From Azolla caroliniana (Eukaryota; Plantae; Polypodiophyta): a stretch of DNA of 64,000 nucleotides. The DNA lies in NCBI GenBank assembly GCA_043228905.1, contig JBHGNT010000017.1:17608001-17672000 (forward strand), in the 5' to 3' direction. Of the stretch, positions 10,611-23,072 are shown piece after piece (position 1 is the stretch's first letter; each line of letters opens with the position of its first letter). Position numbers and translations under genes: made by a program. The notes beneath the pieces are model-generated. The model was given only the letters and a program-made list of their open reading frames with translations, was not told the origin of the DNA and did no database searches.

Positions 10611-13600
10611 GTCCGGCCAAAATAGGAGCCATTTGGTTGGACAACCCTAGATATGTACAACCTAGTGTGGGTTCCATTTCTTCCAAGCATGTTAGTAGAG
10701 TCTTCTCAGCCCTAGTACAAGTTAGGACACCCAGTTGTCAACTTCAAGTCCAAGCCCTCTTAGATACTGGAGCCAATTCTTGTTTCATGGATAGAGATTT
10801 TGCCCAAAAACACCAAATATCCTTGCATACACTTCCTTGTCCAGTTTCCGTAGTAGTGATTGATGGACGCCCCATAGCTTCCGGGAAGATATTTGAAGAG
10901 TCTGAGCCAATACACATACTCTTGGGTGATTTAGGATGTGTAGTTTCCTTTAACATAATCCGTAGTCCTGAGCATCCAATTGTCCTCGGTTTGCCATGGT
11001 TCGAGCTACATAACCCTAGAATCGATTGGAGGAAGCGAGAAATTAGCTGCCCTTTAGCAGAGAATATCATTCTCAAGGATCGAACTCGGGATTATCCTCC
11101 CAAAGTATATAGTTCTACCGATGCACCATATCCTTCTCATCAAATTTCAGCCATCACATTGCATCAATTGCACCAAGTGGGAGGCAAGGAGGACCTTTTC
11201 TTATTTGCAGTATCAGTGACACCTTCTAGTGTCACTCAAGGGAATTCAGACATCCAAATTCCCAAAAAATATCAAGACAATGCTGATGTTTTCGACAAAG
11301 TCAAAGCTAGTGTTCTTCCAAAGCATCGGCCGTACGACTGTCCTATTGATCTCCAACCAGGAAAAGAGCCTCCGTGGGGTCCGATTTACAATTTATCGCC
11401 CACTGAGCTTGAGGTTCTTCGAGAATACATCGAGGAAAATCTTGCACATGGGTTTATTCGACATTCAAAGTCTCCAACTGGTGCTCCTATCTTTTTTGTG
11501 AAGAAAAAGGACGGCTCCCTTCGTTTGGTTGTGGACTATCGAGGCTTAAATAAAGTCACCATAAGGAATAGGTATGCTTTACCTTTAATCTCCAATCTCT
11601 TAGAACGCATTGGTGGGGCAAAGCATTTTACCAAAATTGATCTAAGGGGTGCATATAATCTTGTTCGAATTCGGCTGGGAGATGAGTGGAAAACAGCGTT
11701 TCGTACTCGGTATGGTCATTTCGAGTATACAGTCATGCCTTTCGGGCTCACAAATGCACCTGCCGTATTCCAACATATGGCAAATGACATCTTCCGGGAT
11801 TTCTTGGATATTTTTCTAATCATCTACCTAGATGATCTATTGATTTACTCTAAAACACAGGGGGAGCATGATATACATCTGCGGCAAGTACTTGAACGCC
11901 TAAGGAAGTATGGTCTTTACGCCAAACTTGAGAAATGCAGTTTTGATTGCAAACAAGTTGAATTTTTGGGATACACTATTTCATCCCAGGGTGTTTTCAT
12001 GGACCCGGCAAAAGTCCAAACAATATTGGAATGGAAACCCCCATGCTCAGTTCGGGATGTCCAGTGTTTCCTCGGATTTGCGAACTTCTATCGCAAATTC
12101 ATACATAATTATTCAAGCATTGTGTTGCCCCTTACTCAACTCACCAAGAAAAATCAAGCATTTTTTTGGAGTATCGAAGCGGACAAGGCTTTTACGCAGC
12201 TGAAAGAGGCATTCACATCAACACCCATCCTAGCACATATTGATCCTGAAAAGCCATTTACTATTGAGGCGGATGCATCAGACTTTGCATTGGGGAGTAT
12301 CCTATCACAACCAGGCGAGGACGGGCAGATACATCCAGTCGCGTTTCACTCGAGAAAGTTTACTGTTTCGGAGATAAACTATGAGGTGCATGACAAGGAG
12401 TTACTAGCTGTGGTCGACTCATTCGAGCAATGGCGTCATTTTCTAGAAGGATCACCTCATCAGATTATCATTTATAGTGATCACAAAAATCTCACATATT
12501 TTCAAACAGCTCGAGTATTAAATAGACGACAAGCTCGGTGGGCCCAATTTCTAACGCGTTTCGATTTCAAGATCATTTTTCGCCCCGGAAAACAACAAAG
12601 GAAAGCAGATGCTCTGTCTCGGCGTTCGTATCTAGCCCTTCGACCTGGAGATCCGGCCTTTGACAATCAAAAGCAAACTCTCCTCGGGCCATCAAAGCTA
12701 CAGGTAACAACAATTTATGTCACACCACTTGATTCTACCCTTCTTGACACTATTCGGCAACAACTTCATTCGGATGATTTTGCTAAGGATGTCTTAGCCC
12801 ACTGTGGTTCAAGTCGTCCATCTTGCTCCACATTGCCAGGGTCATCTCAACATTATCAGGACTTCAAGTGGCAAGATGGTTTACTCTTCTACAAGAATCT
12901 CCTTTACGTCCCCGACGGATCACCCCGACTTCAAGTGTTGGAACATTGTCATGATGCCCCCATGGCTGGACATTTTGGTATTTCCAAGACCATTGAGCTG
13001 GTGAAACGTTCATTTTGGTGGCCTCACTTGCAAAAATTTGTCGAAGATTATGTTCGCACTTGTGACACCTGTTGTCGCGCCAAAATACCCCGGCATCACC
13101 CTTATGGCTTACTACAACCATTACCCCCTCCCAACAAGCCATGGCAGTCTATTTCTATGGATTTCATTACGGATCTGCCACCTTCCAAAGGCTTTGATAC
13201 TATTTTAACAGTAGTGGATCGGTTCACCAAGATGGCACATTTTGTACCATGTGTAAAGACCATCAATAGTGAAGAAACTGCAGATCTCATTATGCGTGAA
13301 GTGTTTCGCCATCATGGTCTCCCGAATGATATTATTAGCGATCGAGGTCCTCAATTTATCTCACACTTTTGGAAGCACCTATGGGCAGGCCTCAAAATCT
13401 CTTGCAAACTCTCTTCGGCTTATCATCCACAAACTGACGGACAAACAGAGCGCACAAATCAAACGCTCGAGCAATATCTTCGATGTTTCATTAGTTATCA
13501 ACAAGATGATTGGAGTAAAATTTTACATCTTGCCGAGTTTGCATACAACAACACGGTCCACTCTTCTACCAAAGTTACACCTTTCTTTGCCTACACCGGC

Positions 13601-14215
13601 AACCACCCTCGATGGTGTATACTGGATCTTCCCGAGGTGTCACGAAACCCTAGTGCGGCGCATCACCTCCACCGACTACAACAAATCCAGTTCGAGTTAT
13701 CGTCACATCTTCAGAAAGCGCAAGCACACCATAAGACCAATGCCGATCGACATCGTCTTAAGTCTCCGTTTAAGGTTGGTGACCGTGTATGGTTGCTTCG
13801 TCGTCACATCAAGACTACCCGACCGTGTGCTAAGCTTGACTATCAACGCTTAGGTCCTTTTGTCATCACGGCGCAGATTAATGATGCAACATTTCGTCTT
13901 AACCTTCCTGCACATATGCGGCTTCACCCTGTCTTTCATAGCTCTCTTTTGGAACCTTGCCACATCTCTTTAATTCCTAATCGTGTCTTGCCACCACCGC
14001 CTTCTATACAACTTGTGGACGGCCCCGAATACGAGGTAGCTGCTATTCTCGATTCTAAGATTGTGTGCAATAAGCTTTATTATCTAGTTGATTGGCTTGG
14101 TTATCCTCCGAGTGAGATCGCACTTGGGAACCCATTGATAACATTTGTAATGTTGAAGCTCTGGTCAACGACTTCCATCGTCACTATCCAAACAAGCCCG
14201 GCCCAACAATGTTAA
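10598..14215 (+). CDS. pol: Chromovirus D Pol (PR-RT-RNase H-IN-chromodomain) in the -1 frame
   Basis: LLDTGAN, YLDD, DASD, HHCC zinc finger, SMDF..SDRG..QTE, YEVAAILD..YYLVDWLGY. A 2-bp insertion near 14113 shifts the chromodomain tail. Confidence 0.93.
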   Translation, partial: VKRISPAKIGAIWLDNPRYVQPSVGSISSKHVSRVFSALVQVRTPSCQLQVQALLDTGANSCFMDRDFAQKHQISLHTLPCPVSVVVIDGRPIASGKIFEESEPIHILLGDLGCVVSFNIIRSPEHPIVLGLPWFELHNPRIDWRKREISCPLAENIILKDRTRDYPPKVYSSTDAPYPSHQISAITLHQLHQVGGKEDLFLFAVSVTPSSVTQGNSDIQIPKKYQDNADVFDKVKASVLPKHRPYDCPIDLQPGKEPPWGPIYNLSPTELEVLREYIEENLAHGFIRHSKSPTGAPIFFVKKKDGSLRLVVDYRGLNKVTIRNRYALPLISNLLERIGGAKHFTKIDLRGAYNLVRIRLGDEWKTAFRTRYGHFEYTVMPFGLTNAPAVFQHMANDIFRDFLDIFLIIYLDDLLIYSKTQGEHDIHLRQVLERLRKYGLYAKLEKCSFDCKQVEFLGYTISSQGVFMDPAKVQTILEWKPPCSVRDVQCFLGFANFYRKFIHNYSSIVLPLTQLTKKNQAFFWSIEADKAFTQLKEAFTSTPILAHIDPEKPFTIEADASDFALGSILSQPGEDGQIHPVAFHSRKFTVSEINYEVHDKELLAVVDSFEQWRHFLEGSPHQIIIYSDHKNLTYFQTARVLNRRQARWAQFLTRFDFKIIFRPGKQQRKADALSRRSYLALRPGDPAFDNQKQTLLGPSKLQVTTIYVTPLDSTLLDTIRQQLHSDDFAKDVLAHCGSSRPSCSTLPGSSQHYQDFKWQDGLLFYKNLLYVPDGSPRLQVLEHCHDAPMAGHFGISKTIELVKRSFWWPHLQKFVEDYVRTCDTCCRAKIPRHHPYGLLQPLPPPNKPWQSISMDFITDLPPSKGFDTILTVVDRFTKMAHFVPCVKTINSEETADLIMREVFRHHGLPNDIISDRGPQFISHFWKHLWAGLKISCKLSSAYHPQTDGQTERTNQTLEQYLRCFISYQQDDWSKILHLAEFAYNNTVHSSTKVTPFFAYTGNHPRWCILDLPEVSRNPSAAHHLHRLQQIQFELSSHLQKAQAHHKTNADRHRLKSPFKVGDRVWLLRRHIKTTRPCAKLDYQRLGPFVITAQINDATFRLNLPAHMRLHPVFHSSLLEPCHISLIPNRVLPPPPSIQLVDGPEYEVAAILDSKIVCNKLYYLVDWLGYPPSEIALGNPLITFVMLKLWSTTSIVTIQTSPAQQC

Positions 14216-14252
14216 CGCCGACTTCCACTCGGCGTTCTCGAAGGAGGGATAG

Positions 14253-14661
14253 TGTCATGAACACATGACCATTATGGCGTCACACGGACTTGAACCTCGA
14301 ACCTTGTAATTCATACTTGAAAACCTCAACCATTAAGATAGCTTATTGTTATATGAAACAATAAAAGCTACTTCTTGTATTACATTGATTATTGTAAAAA
14401 CTCTAGATTATTCTAGAATGTTCTAGAATGTCCTAGAGCATTCTAGGTCTAAAACATTCTAGAACATTCTAGAAATCTCTAAGCTATTCTATAGGAACCT
14501 ATAAATAAGCGCATACATGTATTCTCAAATCAATTCGAATCAACACCAGTCTTTAGCTCTCATTACATATCTTGTATCCATTCTCTTTCTTTCTTTATCT
14601 TATACATCCATTCTTCTCTATCCTTCTTCCATCACTCTATCTTTTATCCTTGGTTCTGACA
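14253..14661 (+). repeat. 3' LTR of D
   Basis: Near-identical to 8964-9372. Confidence 0.96.
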
Positions 14662-14666
14662 TCTAC

Positions 14667-17600
14667 CTTTTGAACGACAGGGTACATGCAAGCAACACGC
14701 GAAGATTGCTCGACACGAATTTCGGACGAGGTGGCATGAAGAGGCTAATGGAAGAAGCTGTGGCCCGGCAAGTCGAAGCCATCCACTATTCGGCTTCGGC
14801 CGGCATACGGGTAGGGGAGAAGACGAGCAAACCCCGATTCCAAATCTGGGTTTTGGACGGTCATTCTCGAGACCTTGTCTGGAGGAAGGTTGTAGAAGGA
14901 GGAAGCGGAGCACGGAGAAGAACGTGTTCGCGAAGTTACCAAGTGGAGTGACCCCGTTGAAGAAAGCACCGGCTTTGTGGAGGCCGCGTGCAGAAACTAC
15001 GAAGCCCTTATCGACGAAAGGCGACCGGGAAAACCCGGGGGAGCGGGCTCATTGGGGAGGCAGGACACACGAAGTGCAACCAAAAAGCACGATGCCGCTC
15101 TGACCGAATCCCAGGAGAAGGAGAAGGGCAGGATGCCGAGATTCCGCTTAAGCTCGGAGATAGAGAAAACGACGGACCTACAAAAGGTTCTAGAGGAGTG
15201 AGTTCTTGATAGTCGCATAGAACTCATGCTTAGGGAAGTGCTCGACATAGCAAGAAGGGAGTTCCATGACAACATCGTGGACCTTGTGAAGAGGAAGCGT
15301 CTCACAACGGAACCAGAGCCCGAGAAGCCGGTGGAGGTAAGGGTGGCACTCCTCGATGAGATAGCCGTGGAAGACGAGCTCGTGGAGAGCCACTACGCCA
15401 AACCGCACTGGGAAAGAGCTACTACAGAAACCCTGGTTCGTATCGGGAATGTCAAGGAACTGGTGGTGGCGTTAATCGACCACGGGTTGGAAATTAACCT
15501 GATGTCCATGGACTTCTACAAAAAGGGGAATTGGCTGATCAATACCAAACATGGGTGGAAGATACGCGTGGCTACAAGAGCCACGAAAGTGTTACACAGG
15601 GCTTGCCCGAACGTTAGGGTGAGCGTCGGGGAACGAATAAAGGGGGTCGCTACCGACCCCAGCTTGCGGGATCTGATTGGCATAGGGCATCATTTCACCA
15701 ACAAAACGCTACGAGAGTTGAAGATCGGTGGGGGTGGCTTCCTACTACCGGCGGAAGAGGATTGGTTCAGAAGGATGCTCAAAAGGCACGAGAAGGCCTT
15801 TACATTCTCACCAGGAGAGATCGGGTGCGTCGACCCGACCATCGTCGAGCCAATGGTAATCTTTACAGTGCCGCACGTACCATGGAGCCTCAAGCCAATC
15901 CAAGTACTGAGGGCTCACATGCCGATGCTGATGGAGCTCCTTAAACAGAAAGTAGAGTTGGGCACCTTCGAACCGTCGAGTGCCCCCTATTCTGACCGGT
16001 GGTTTACGGTACCGAAGAAGAACGGTACGTTGCGGTTCATCTAGAACTTACAACCGGTCAACAAAGTGACCATCCACAATACGGGAGTCGGACCGTCGAT
16101 CGATGAGTTCGCAGAAGCCTTCGTTGGAAGGTCCATATACTCGGTCGGAGACCTTTACTCAGGATACGACCAATTCCAGCTGGTCGTGGAAAGCAAGGAC
16201 ATCGCGACGATGTGAACCCCTCTCGGTCTAGTTCGGATGTGCACCTTACCACAACGAGGAACCAACTCGGTTGCACATATGGTGAATGGTATGAACAGAG
16301 TTCTGAGGGATTGCATTCCGGACATCACCATGCCTTTCCTGGACGACATCCCTATCAAGGGGTGTCCGAAGGAAACCAAGGATGAGTCGATCGGTGCGGA
16401 CGGGTGCCGAAGGTTTGTCACGGACCACATTGCCGATTGCGAAAAGATACTACAGAGGCTTGAAGGCACGCGGCTTACCTTCTCGGGAGAGAAGTCGGCC
16501 TTCGGGCAACAAGAGATATTAGTGGTTGGCCACCTATGTGGGCCGTACGGCCGGAAGCCATCGCCGACCAAGGTAGAGGCCATCTCGGCAATGAAGGAGG
16601 AGTGCGGATCCGTCACAGAGGTCCGACGATTCTTAGGAGCATGCGCCTTCTACCACATATGGATCCCTCATTACATGCACGTCGCAGAACCACTCTACGG
16701 CCTGCTAAAGAAGAGCAAAAGATTCGCATGGACGAAAGAACATACGGAGGCGGTTCGGAAGCTAAAGCGAGTGCTTATCGCGGCACTGGCTTTGCACAAA
16801 GCGAAATACGCATCGAGTACTCCGGTCTACATCTCAGTGGACACCAGCTCGACCGGGATCGGATGGGTCGTAAATCAAGAGGACAAATAAGGCACGCGCT
16901 TCCCTATCCGGTTCGGTGCGAAGGTACTAAGTGAACGACAGCGAGGATACACCCACGTCAAGCGTGAGCTGTGGGGTATTGTTTCGGCGGTTAAGGTCGA
17001 CAAAGACTACTTAATCAGGGCGGAAGTAATTATAGAAACGGATTGCTTGCCGATTCTCGATATGGTCTCCGGGTGCGCGACTCCCGACCTGGCCATGCTC
17101 AGGTGGATTGCGTACATCAAGTCCCTGAACCCGGAGATACGACACATCTCGGGTAAAGACAACGCCATGGCCGACATGCTTTCTAGAGCAAGGTTCGAGG
17201 ACGAGGACGACATGGTATCGGAGAACGAAGAAGTCGGCGCAGACTTCTTAAAATCGGCGAGGATGAATTTATAAAGACGAAGCACTCCGCCAGTGAATGA
17301 ATTCGACGAAGACGGCTACGACAAGGAATGACTTCTAATAGGGAAGTTTTTGAAGACAATGACGACGGACGCCACAATGACTAAGGAGGAGGCCGGACAG
17401 TTCCGGAAGAAGGCGTACTGATATTTCCTACGGAATGGGAAAATCTGGAGGGTCCCAAAAAGGCGAAACGACATGCTGCTCCAAGTAATAGCGCGGACGG
17501 ATGACCAACAGAAGCTGATGTCAGAGTTCCACGAGGGCCCTTGGTCTGGACACCGGGGTACATGGGCTACATTCGAGAAGTTAAAGGGAAAATACTGGTG

Positions 17601-17982
17601 GCCAGGCATGTACAAGAGTGTGCACGACTTCGTGTCTACGTGCGAAAGCTGCCAGATGCACTCGGTGGTTCGAAACCGCGACGAACTACACCCGACTTAT
17701 CCTCCGACCGTGCACTTCAAGTGGATGGTTGACTTAGCTACGATGCCGATGGGCGAAGGGCAGAAGCGATACCTAGTGTTGGCTAGAGAGGACCTAACCA
17801 ACCAGGTAGAGGGACGAGCACTAACGAACAAGACCACCGTGGTAGTATGTAAGTTTCTGATCGAGGATGTCGTATGCCGATATGGGTGCGTGGGGAAGTG
17901 GATAAAAACCTTCAAGAGATGGAACGAGGAGGAACCAGACCCGGGTGCCGGAAGCGCCAGCTCAGGAGAGGAGGACGAGTAA
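14667..17982 (+). pseudogene. pol: Element C remaining gag, protease, RT, RNase H and integrase, with internal deletions
   Basis: DHGLEIN protease, FLDD, DTSSTGIG, GHRG..CESC; many stops; deletions at ~15628 and ~17897 relative to E. Confidence 0.9.
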
Positions 17983-18120
17983 CCGATGGCCCGGAATCCT
18001 CCACTAAACTCACTATCTGGCACATACCGGAGGATGTGTGGTTTGGTGGGGGTGGATGTCGTGAGGATTCCGGGCCATAGGTAGAAACAAAGTGAAATGC
18101 ACAGGAACACCGGTTTACGC

Positions 18121-18991
18121 CTGCCGGAACTACGAGGCTCTGGTAGAAGACAAACGAGTGGGGAAAGCCGGAGCGGCCGGGCCCTCACATAGGTACGAGA
18201 CTCGATTCGGGCAACGACGGAACGATGCCGACGGGTCCAGCTCGCAAGATAACCCCAGGAAGGGCGGATACCGACTGGGGACGGAAATAGAAAGGACTAC
18301 GGACCTACGAAAGGTCCTAGAAGAACGGATCCTCGACAGCAAAGTGAAGCTGTCATTGCGAGAGGTGTTAGGGATCGCCAAGAAGGAGTTCCACGACTCC
18401 ATTGTAGACCTGGTGAAACGGAAGAGGCTGTCGACGGAGACGGAACCGGAAAGACCGGTGGAGGTGCGGACGACGCACATCGACAACATGGCGCTGGAAG
18501 ATGAGTGGGCGGAGAGCCACTATTCAAGGCCGCACTGGGCCCGAGCAACCACGGAGACCCCGGTGAAGATCGGAGATGTTCAGGAACTGGTGGTGGCATT
18601 GGTGGACCATGGTTCGGAAATAAACCTGATGTCAATGGACTTCTATAAGAAGGGAAAGTGGCCGATCAACACCAAGCACGGGTGGAAGATACGGGCGGCG
18701 ACGCGTGCCACCGAGGAGCTGCACGGGGCCTGCCCGAACGTGCGAGTCAAGATCGGCGACGTCGAGATTGACCAGCACTTCTTCGTACAGGAGACGTCCT
18801 CGCATCCGGTCATATTAGGGGAACCATACATCACAGCGGCACGAATGGAGACCAGAGTGCTGGACAACGGTTCGGCCTACGCGAGGGTCAAGAGCCAGGA
18901 CGGGCGCCATTCGGTCCAATTTTTGACGGTGCGACCGAACCACGAGCGAAACCGCGAATCCCTCGGTGGCGAGAACCAGGAGGATTTTTAG
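18121..18991 (+). CDS. E Gag C-terminus and aspartic protease (partial)
   Basis: LVDHGSEINLMS ... VILGEPY; ends GAT TTT TAG. Confidence 0.85.
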
Positions 18992-21900
18992 AGAGGGCTG
19001 CCAAGGCGTGGGGCCGAGACAGTCCGGACACTCGGGAAAGACCCCACGACTGTACGATAGAACCGAAACCGAAGGGACCCTGTACGATAGGTAGGAAAAT
19101 TTGCTTCTCCAACAACGGAGGGTGTATGCTAGTCGGCATCGTTGGCTGGGAAAAGGCAAGGGCAGAAGTGCAACTTCGATCGCGCGGAGTTCTCGGCCCG
19201 GACGAGGAAATCAGCGGAGCCGTGGAGGCGGTCTCCTTCGACAACACCTTGAGAATGCTGAGGAAAGTAGCCGGAGAAGGCCTTAACGAAGACCGGACGA
19301 TACCGGTATGTTCAGAAGAGATGTACGAAGTCATCACGAACTTCAGTCGGGGGCTTGGGTCGGATCGGACGGCCCGAGTTAGCACGAAGTTCAAGACTGT
19401 GGACCGGAAGGTAAGGCCAGTCGCGGCACCCTTGCCGGAGGGCAGTGAGTCCCGAATCAGAGGGGTGGCGTCGGACCCCAGTTTACGAGATCCGGCCTGC
19501 ATAGGACACACCTTCACCGACGGGATGCTCCGGGAGCTCAAGATCGGTGGGGGCGGGTTCCTACTGCCGGCAGAGGAAGACCGGTGTCGGAGAATGCTCG
19601 GAAGACACGGGAAAGCCTTCGCATTCTCGCCGGAAGAGATCGGGTGCGTAGACCCGACAATCGTGGAGCCGATGGTGATATTCACGGTATCGCATGTGTC
19701 GTGGAATCTCAAGCCGATTCCGGTACCAAGAGCTCACATCCCGGAGTTGATGGAGCTACTGAGGCAGAAAGTCGATATGGGTATTCTCGAACCGTCGAGC
19801 ACGCCATACTCGAACCGATGGTTTACCGTACTAAAGAAAAACGGAACATTGCGCTTCATTCAGGACCTGCAGCCGGTCAACAGAGTGACCATTCGGAATG
19901 CAGGAATCGGACCGACCATAGACGAGTTCGTGGAGGCCTTCGTCGGAAGGTCGATTTACTCGGTCGGTGATCTATACTCGGGGTACGACCAGTTCCAGCT
20001 ACCCGTGGAGAGCAGAGACATTACGACGATGCGAACTCCCCTCGGCCTAGTGCGAATGTGTACCTTGCCACAAGGAGGGACCAACTCGGTGGCCCACATG
20101 GTGAATGCAATGAACAAGGTACTGAGGGATTGCATCCCGGACATCACCATGCCATTTCTAGACGACATTCCGATCAAGGGGTGCCCGGTAGAAGAGAGGG
20201 ACGCAACACTCGAACCAGACGGATGCCGGCGATTCGTGGCAACACACATCGACGACTGCGAGAAGGTGCTACAAAGGCTAGAGGATGCGAGGCTCACCTT
20301 CTCCGGGGAGAAATCGGCCTTCGGGCAATCGGAAATCCTGGTGGTCGGACACCTATGTGGACCATATGGCCGGAAGCCGTCTCCGGCAAAGGTAGAAGCC
20401 ATCTCCGCGATGAAGACCGACTGTAGCTCGGTTACGGAAGTTCGGAGGTTCCTGGCGGCATGCGCATTCTACCACATATGGATCCCGCATTACGCCCACG
20501 TTGCGGAGCCGCTATACGGGTTGCTGAAGAAAGGGCGAAAATTCGAGTGGCGAGACGAGCACACGGAGTCGGTCCGGAAGCTGAAGGAAGCTCTTGCGGC
20601 AACACCGGCGCTCCGGAAGGTTGTTTACGGGAAGGGTACCCCGGTATACATAACAGTGGATACGAGTCCGACCGGGATCGGATGGGTCGTCAACCAAGAG
20701 GACAAGAACGACATTCGGTTCCCGATCCGATTCGGCGCGAAGGTTCTCAGTGAACGACAGCAAGGGTACGCCCAGGTTAAACGCGAACTCGGGGGTATCG
20801 TTTCGGCAGTAAAGGCCGACAAAGACTACTTGATCGGGACAGAAGTGGTTATCGAGACGGATTGCCTGCCGATTCTCAGCATGGTTTCCGGATGCGCGAC
20901 ACCGGACCTGGCGATGCTCCGGTGGATAGCGTACATCAAGTCCCTGGACCCGAAAATACGGCACATTTCCGGAAAGGACAACGCCATGGCCGACATGCTT
21001 TCGAGGGCGAGGTTTGATGACGAGGGCGGCATGGTTTCGGAGGACGAAGAAGTCGGCGTGGACTTCTTCGAGGCGGCGTACGTAACAACCGATGGGACGA
21101 GCACTCCGGCACTTAACGACTTCGACGAGAGCAGGTACGATGGCGAGTGGCTCCAGATCGGGGGATTTTTGAGGACAATGACGTCGGATGCGTCATGGAC
21201 GAAGGACGAGGCCAACCGGATCCGGAAGAAAGCTTACCGATTCTTTCTCCGGGACGGATACTTATGGAAGCACCCGAAGAAGAGGAACGACGTCCCGCTC
21301 CGGGTGGTGGCGATGAAGGAAGAACAGGAGGAGCTGCTGACGGCCTACCACGACAACCCTTGGGCTGGACACCGTGGAACGTGGGCCACGTTCGAGAAGA
21401 TAAAGGGGAAGTACTGGTGGCTGGGACTGTACCGGGATGTGCATCGGTTCATGACGACTTGCGAGAGCTGTCAAATGCACTCCGTAGTCCGACATCGGGA
21501 CGAGCTTCACCCTACATACCCTCCGACCATCCACTTCAAATGGATGGTAGACCTGGTGACGATGCCGATGGGAGTAGGACAGATGCGGTATCTGGTCCTG
21601 GCTCGGGAAGATCTGACGAACCAGGTAGAAGGCCGGGCCCTTCAGAACAAAACGACCTCGGCCGTATGTCGGTTCCTGATTGAGGACGTGATATGCCGGT
21701 ACGGGTGCGTCGGGAAGATCGTGGCTGATCGCGGGGAGTTGGACTCCGAAGAGGCCGAGGAGCTGTTCGACCGGCTAGGAGTCAAGCTCTCGCTTACCAC
21801 TGCGTACAATCCGGAGGGGAATGGAAAGGTGGAGCGCGGACACGGACCGATCGTCAAGGCGTTAGTTCGGGCATGCGGAGGTCAAGTCGGGAACGTACGA

Positions 21901-22369
21901 TCTCCTCGTGGGCAACCGTGGACTGGAGAGACGAGATGAGCCGGGAGGAGCTGCTGGCGGCGCGTATACGACAGCTCGAGCGAAGACCGGAGGACGTGGA
22001 GCAGGCTGCGGAAAAGCTTTGGGAAGCAAGGATGAGGAACAAAGCCCGGTTCGACCGAACGCACCGGCTCCGACCGAAGAAGATCGAGGAAGGCGACTGG
22101 GTGCTAGTCTACGACAACAGCCTTGACAACCAGCACCGAGCGACACGGAAGTTCGCAACAAGGTGGTTCGGGCCTTACGTGGTACAAAGCGCAACGACAA
22201 CGGGACGTACCATCTGGCGGAACTCGATGGTACGAGAATGGCGATACCGGTAGCGGGGAAGCGGATCAAAGCGTTCAAGAAGCGTCACGACGACGAGCCG
22301 GATCCGGTTGGCCTGGACTGCGACGACGAACGATCCGAAACCGAGGAAGAGCCGACGGGCGAGGAATGA
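18982..22369 (+). pseudogene. pol: E pol (RT-RNase H-integrase)
   Basis: 937-aa ORF with FLDD, DTSPTGIG and ADRGE..NGKVE; a deletion or frameshift at ~21895; GPY motif at ~22170. Confidence 0.9.
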
Positions 22370-22442
22370 AGGCTGGACCGGTTTTCTCCGTCCCAACTAT
22401 ATTTGGCGCATGCCGGTGGATGCGCGGTTAGGTGGGGGCGGA

Positions 22443-23072
22443 TGTCGTGAAGAAAACCGTCCACAAGCGGAATCGGTGCACAGGAGCGTAGGAACCGGCT
22501 CTTCTCGAATGTTGTCCATAGAAGATCCTAGGCAGGTAGATTTAGTGGGTAGGAAGTAAAGGGGAAACGGCTCCTTCCTTGCCTATAAAAAGGAGGGAGA
22601 CGAGAAGGGGGAGTGGATCGCGGAGAGTCGAGGACGAAGTGTTGTCGGTTTGCGTGCGAAGGCTTCTCTCTCTCTCTCTGGTTCGCAAACTCCATAGCTT
22701 CCTTCTGTGTAGGTTTCGGGAGGCTCGCGTTGCTCTAAGGAATGCCCGAGTGCTCCCGGCAGCACCTCCAACCTGCTCCTGTCTTTCTGTGCGTTTACGA
22801 ACAGGCATCGGCATCTGTTCGCCGGCCTGTTCGGTTGTAACCGACTTCGTGTTTTTGTTGCTTCCGTGTTCTTGTTGTTGTCTTTGTTAATACATACATA
22901 CATTCGTGTCTCTCTGTGTCGCTGTCCCACTCACGTCTTTGTGTCGAAGGGCCGTGTCCCTGTGAATCTACGCTCGCACGTAGTGGGTCTCTTGTCCTTT
23001 CTCTCTTGCTCTTCTGTACAGGACCCCTGAGGTCCTGCCTCATTCCACGCATCCGCGAGGAAAACCTCGACA
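22443..23072 (+). repeat. 3' LTR of E (630 bp)
   Basis: TGTCGTGAAG...CCTCGACA termini; TATAAAA at ~22584; ends resemble the C LTR. Confidence 0.88.

Larger units (their letters stand above)
8964..14661 (+). mobile_element. Ty3/Gypsy chromovirus D, full length and young
   Basis: 409-bp LTRs 8964-9372 and 14253-14661 with about 2 differences seen; perfect TSD TCTAC; PPT GAAGGAGGGATAG. Confidence 0.97.
18121..23072 (+). mobile_element. Gypsy E, a C-related family lacking its 5' LTR and gag N-terminus
   Basis: Gag-PR ORF to 18991, pol 18982-~22369, PPT GGTGGGGGCGGA, single LTR 22443-23072, flanked by ACGC/ACGC. Confidence 0.88.
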
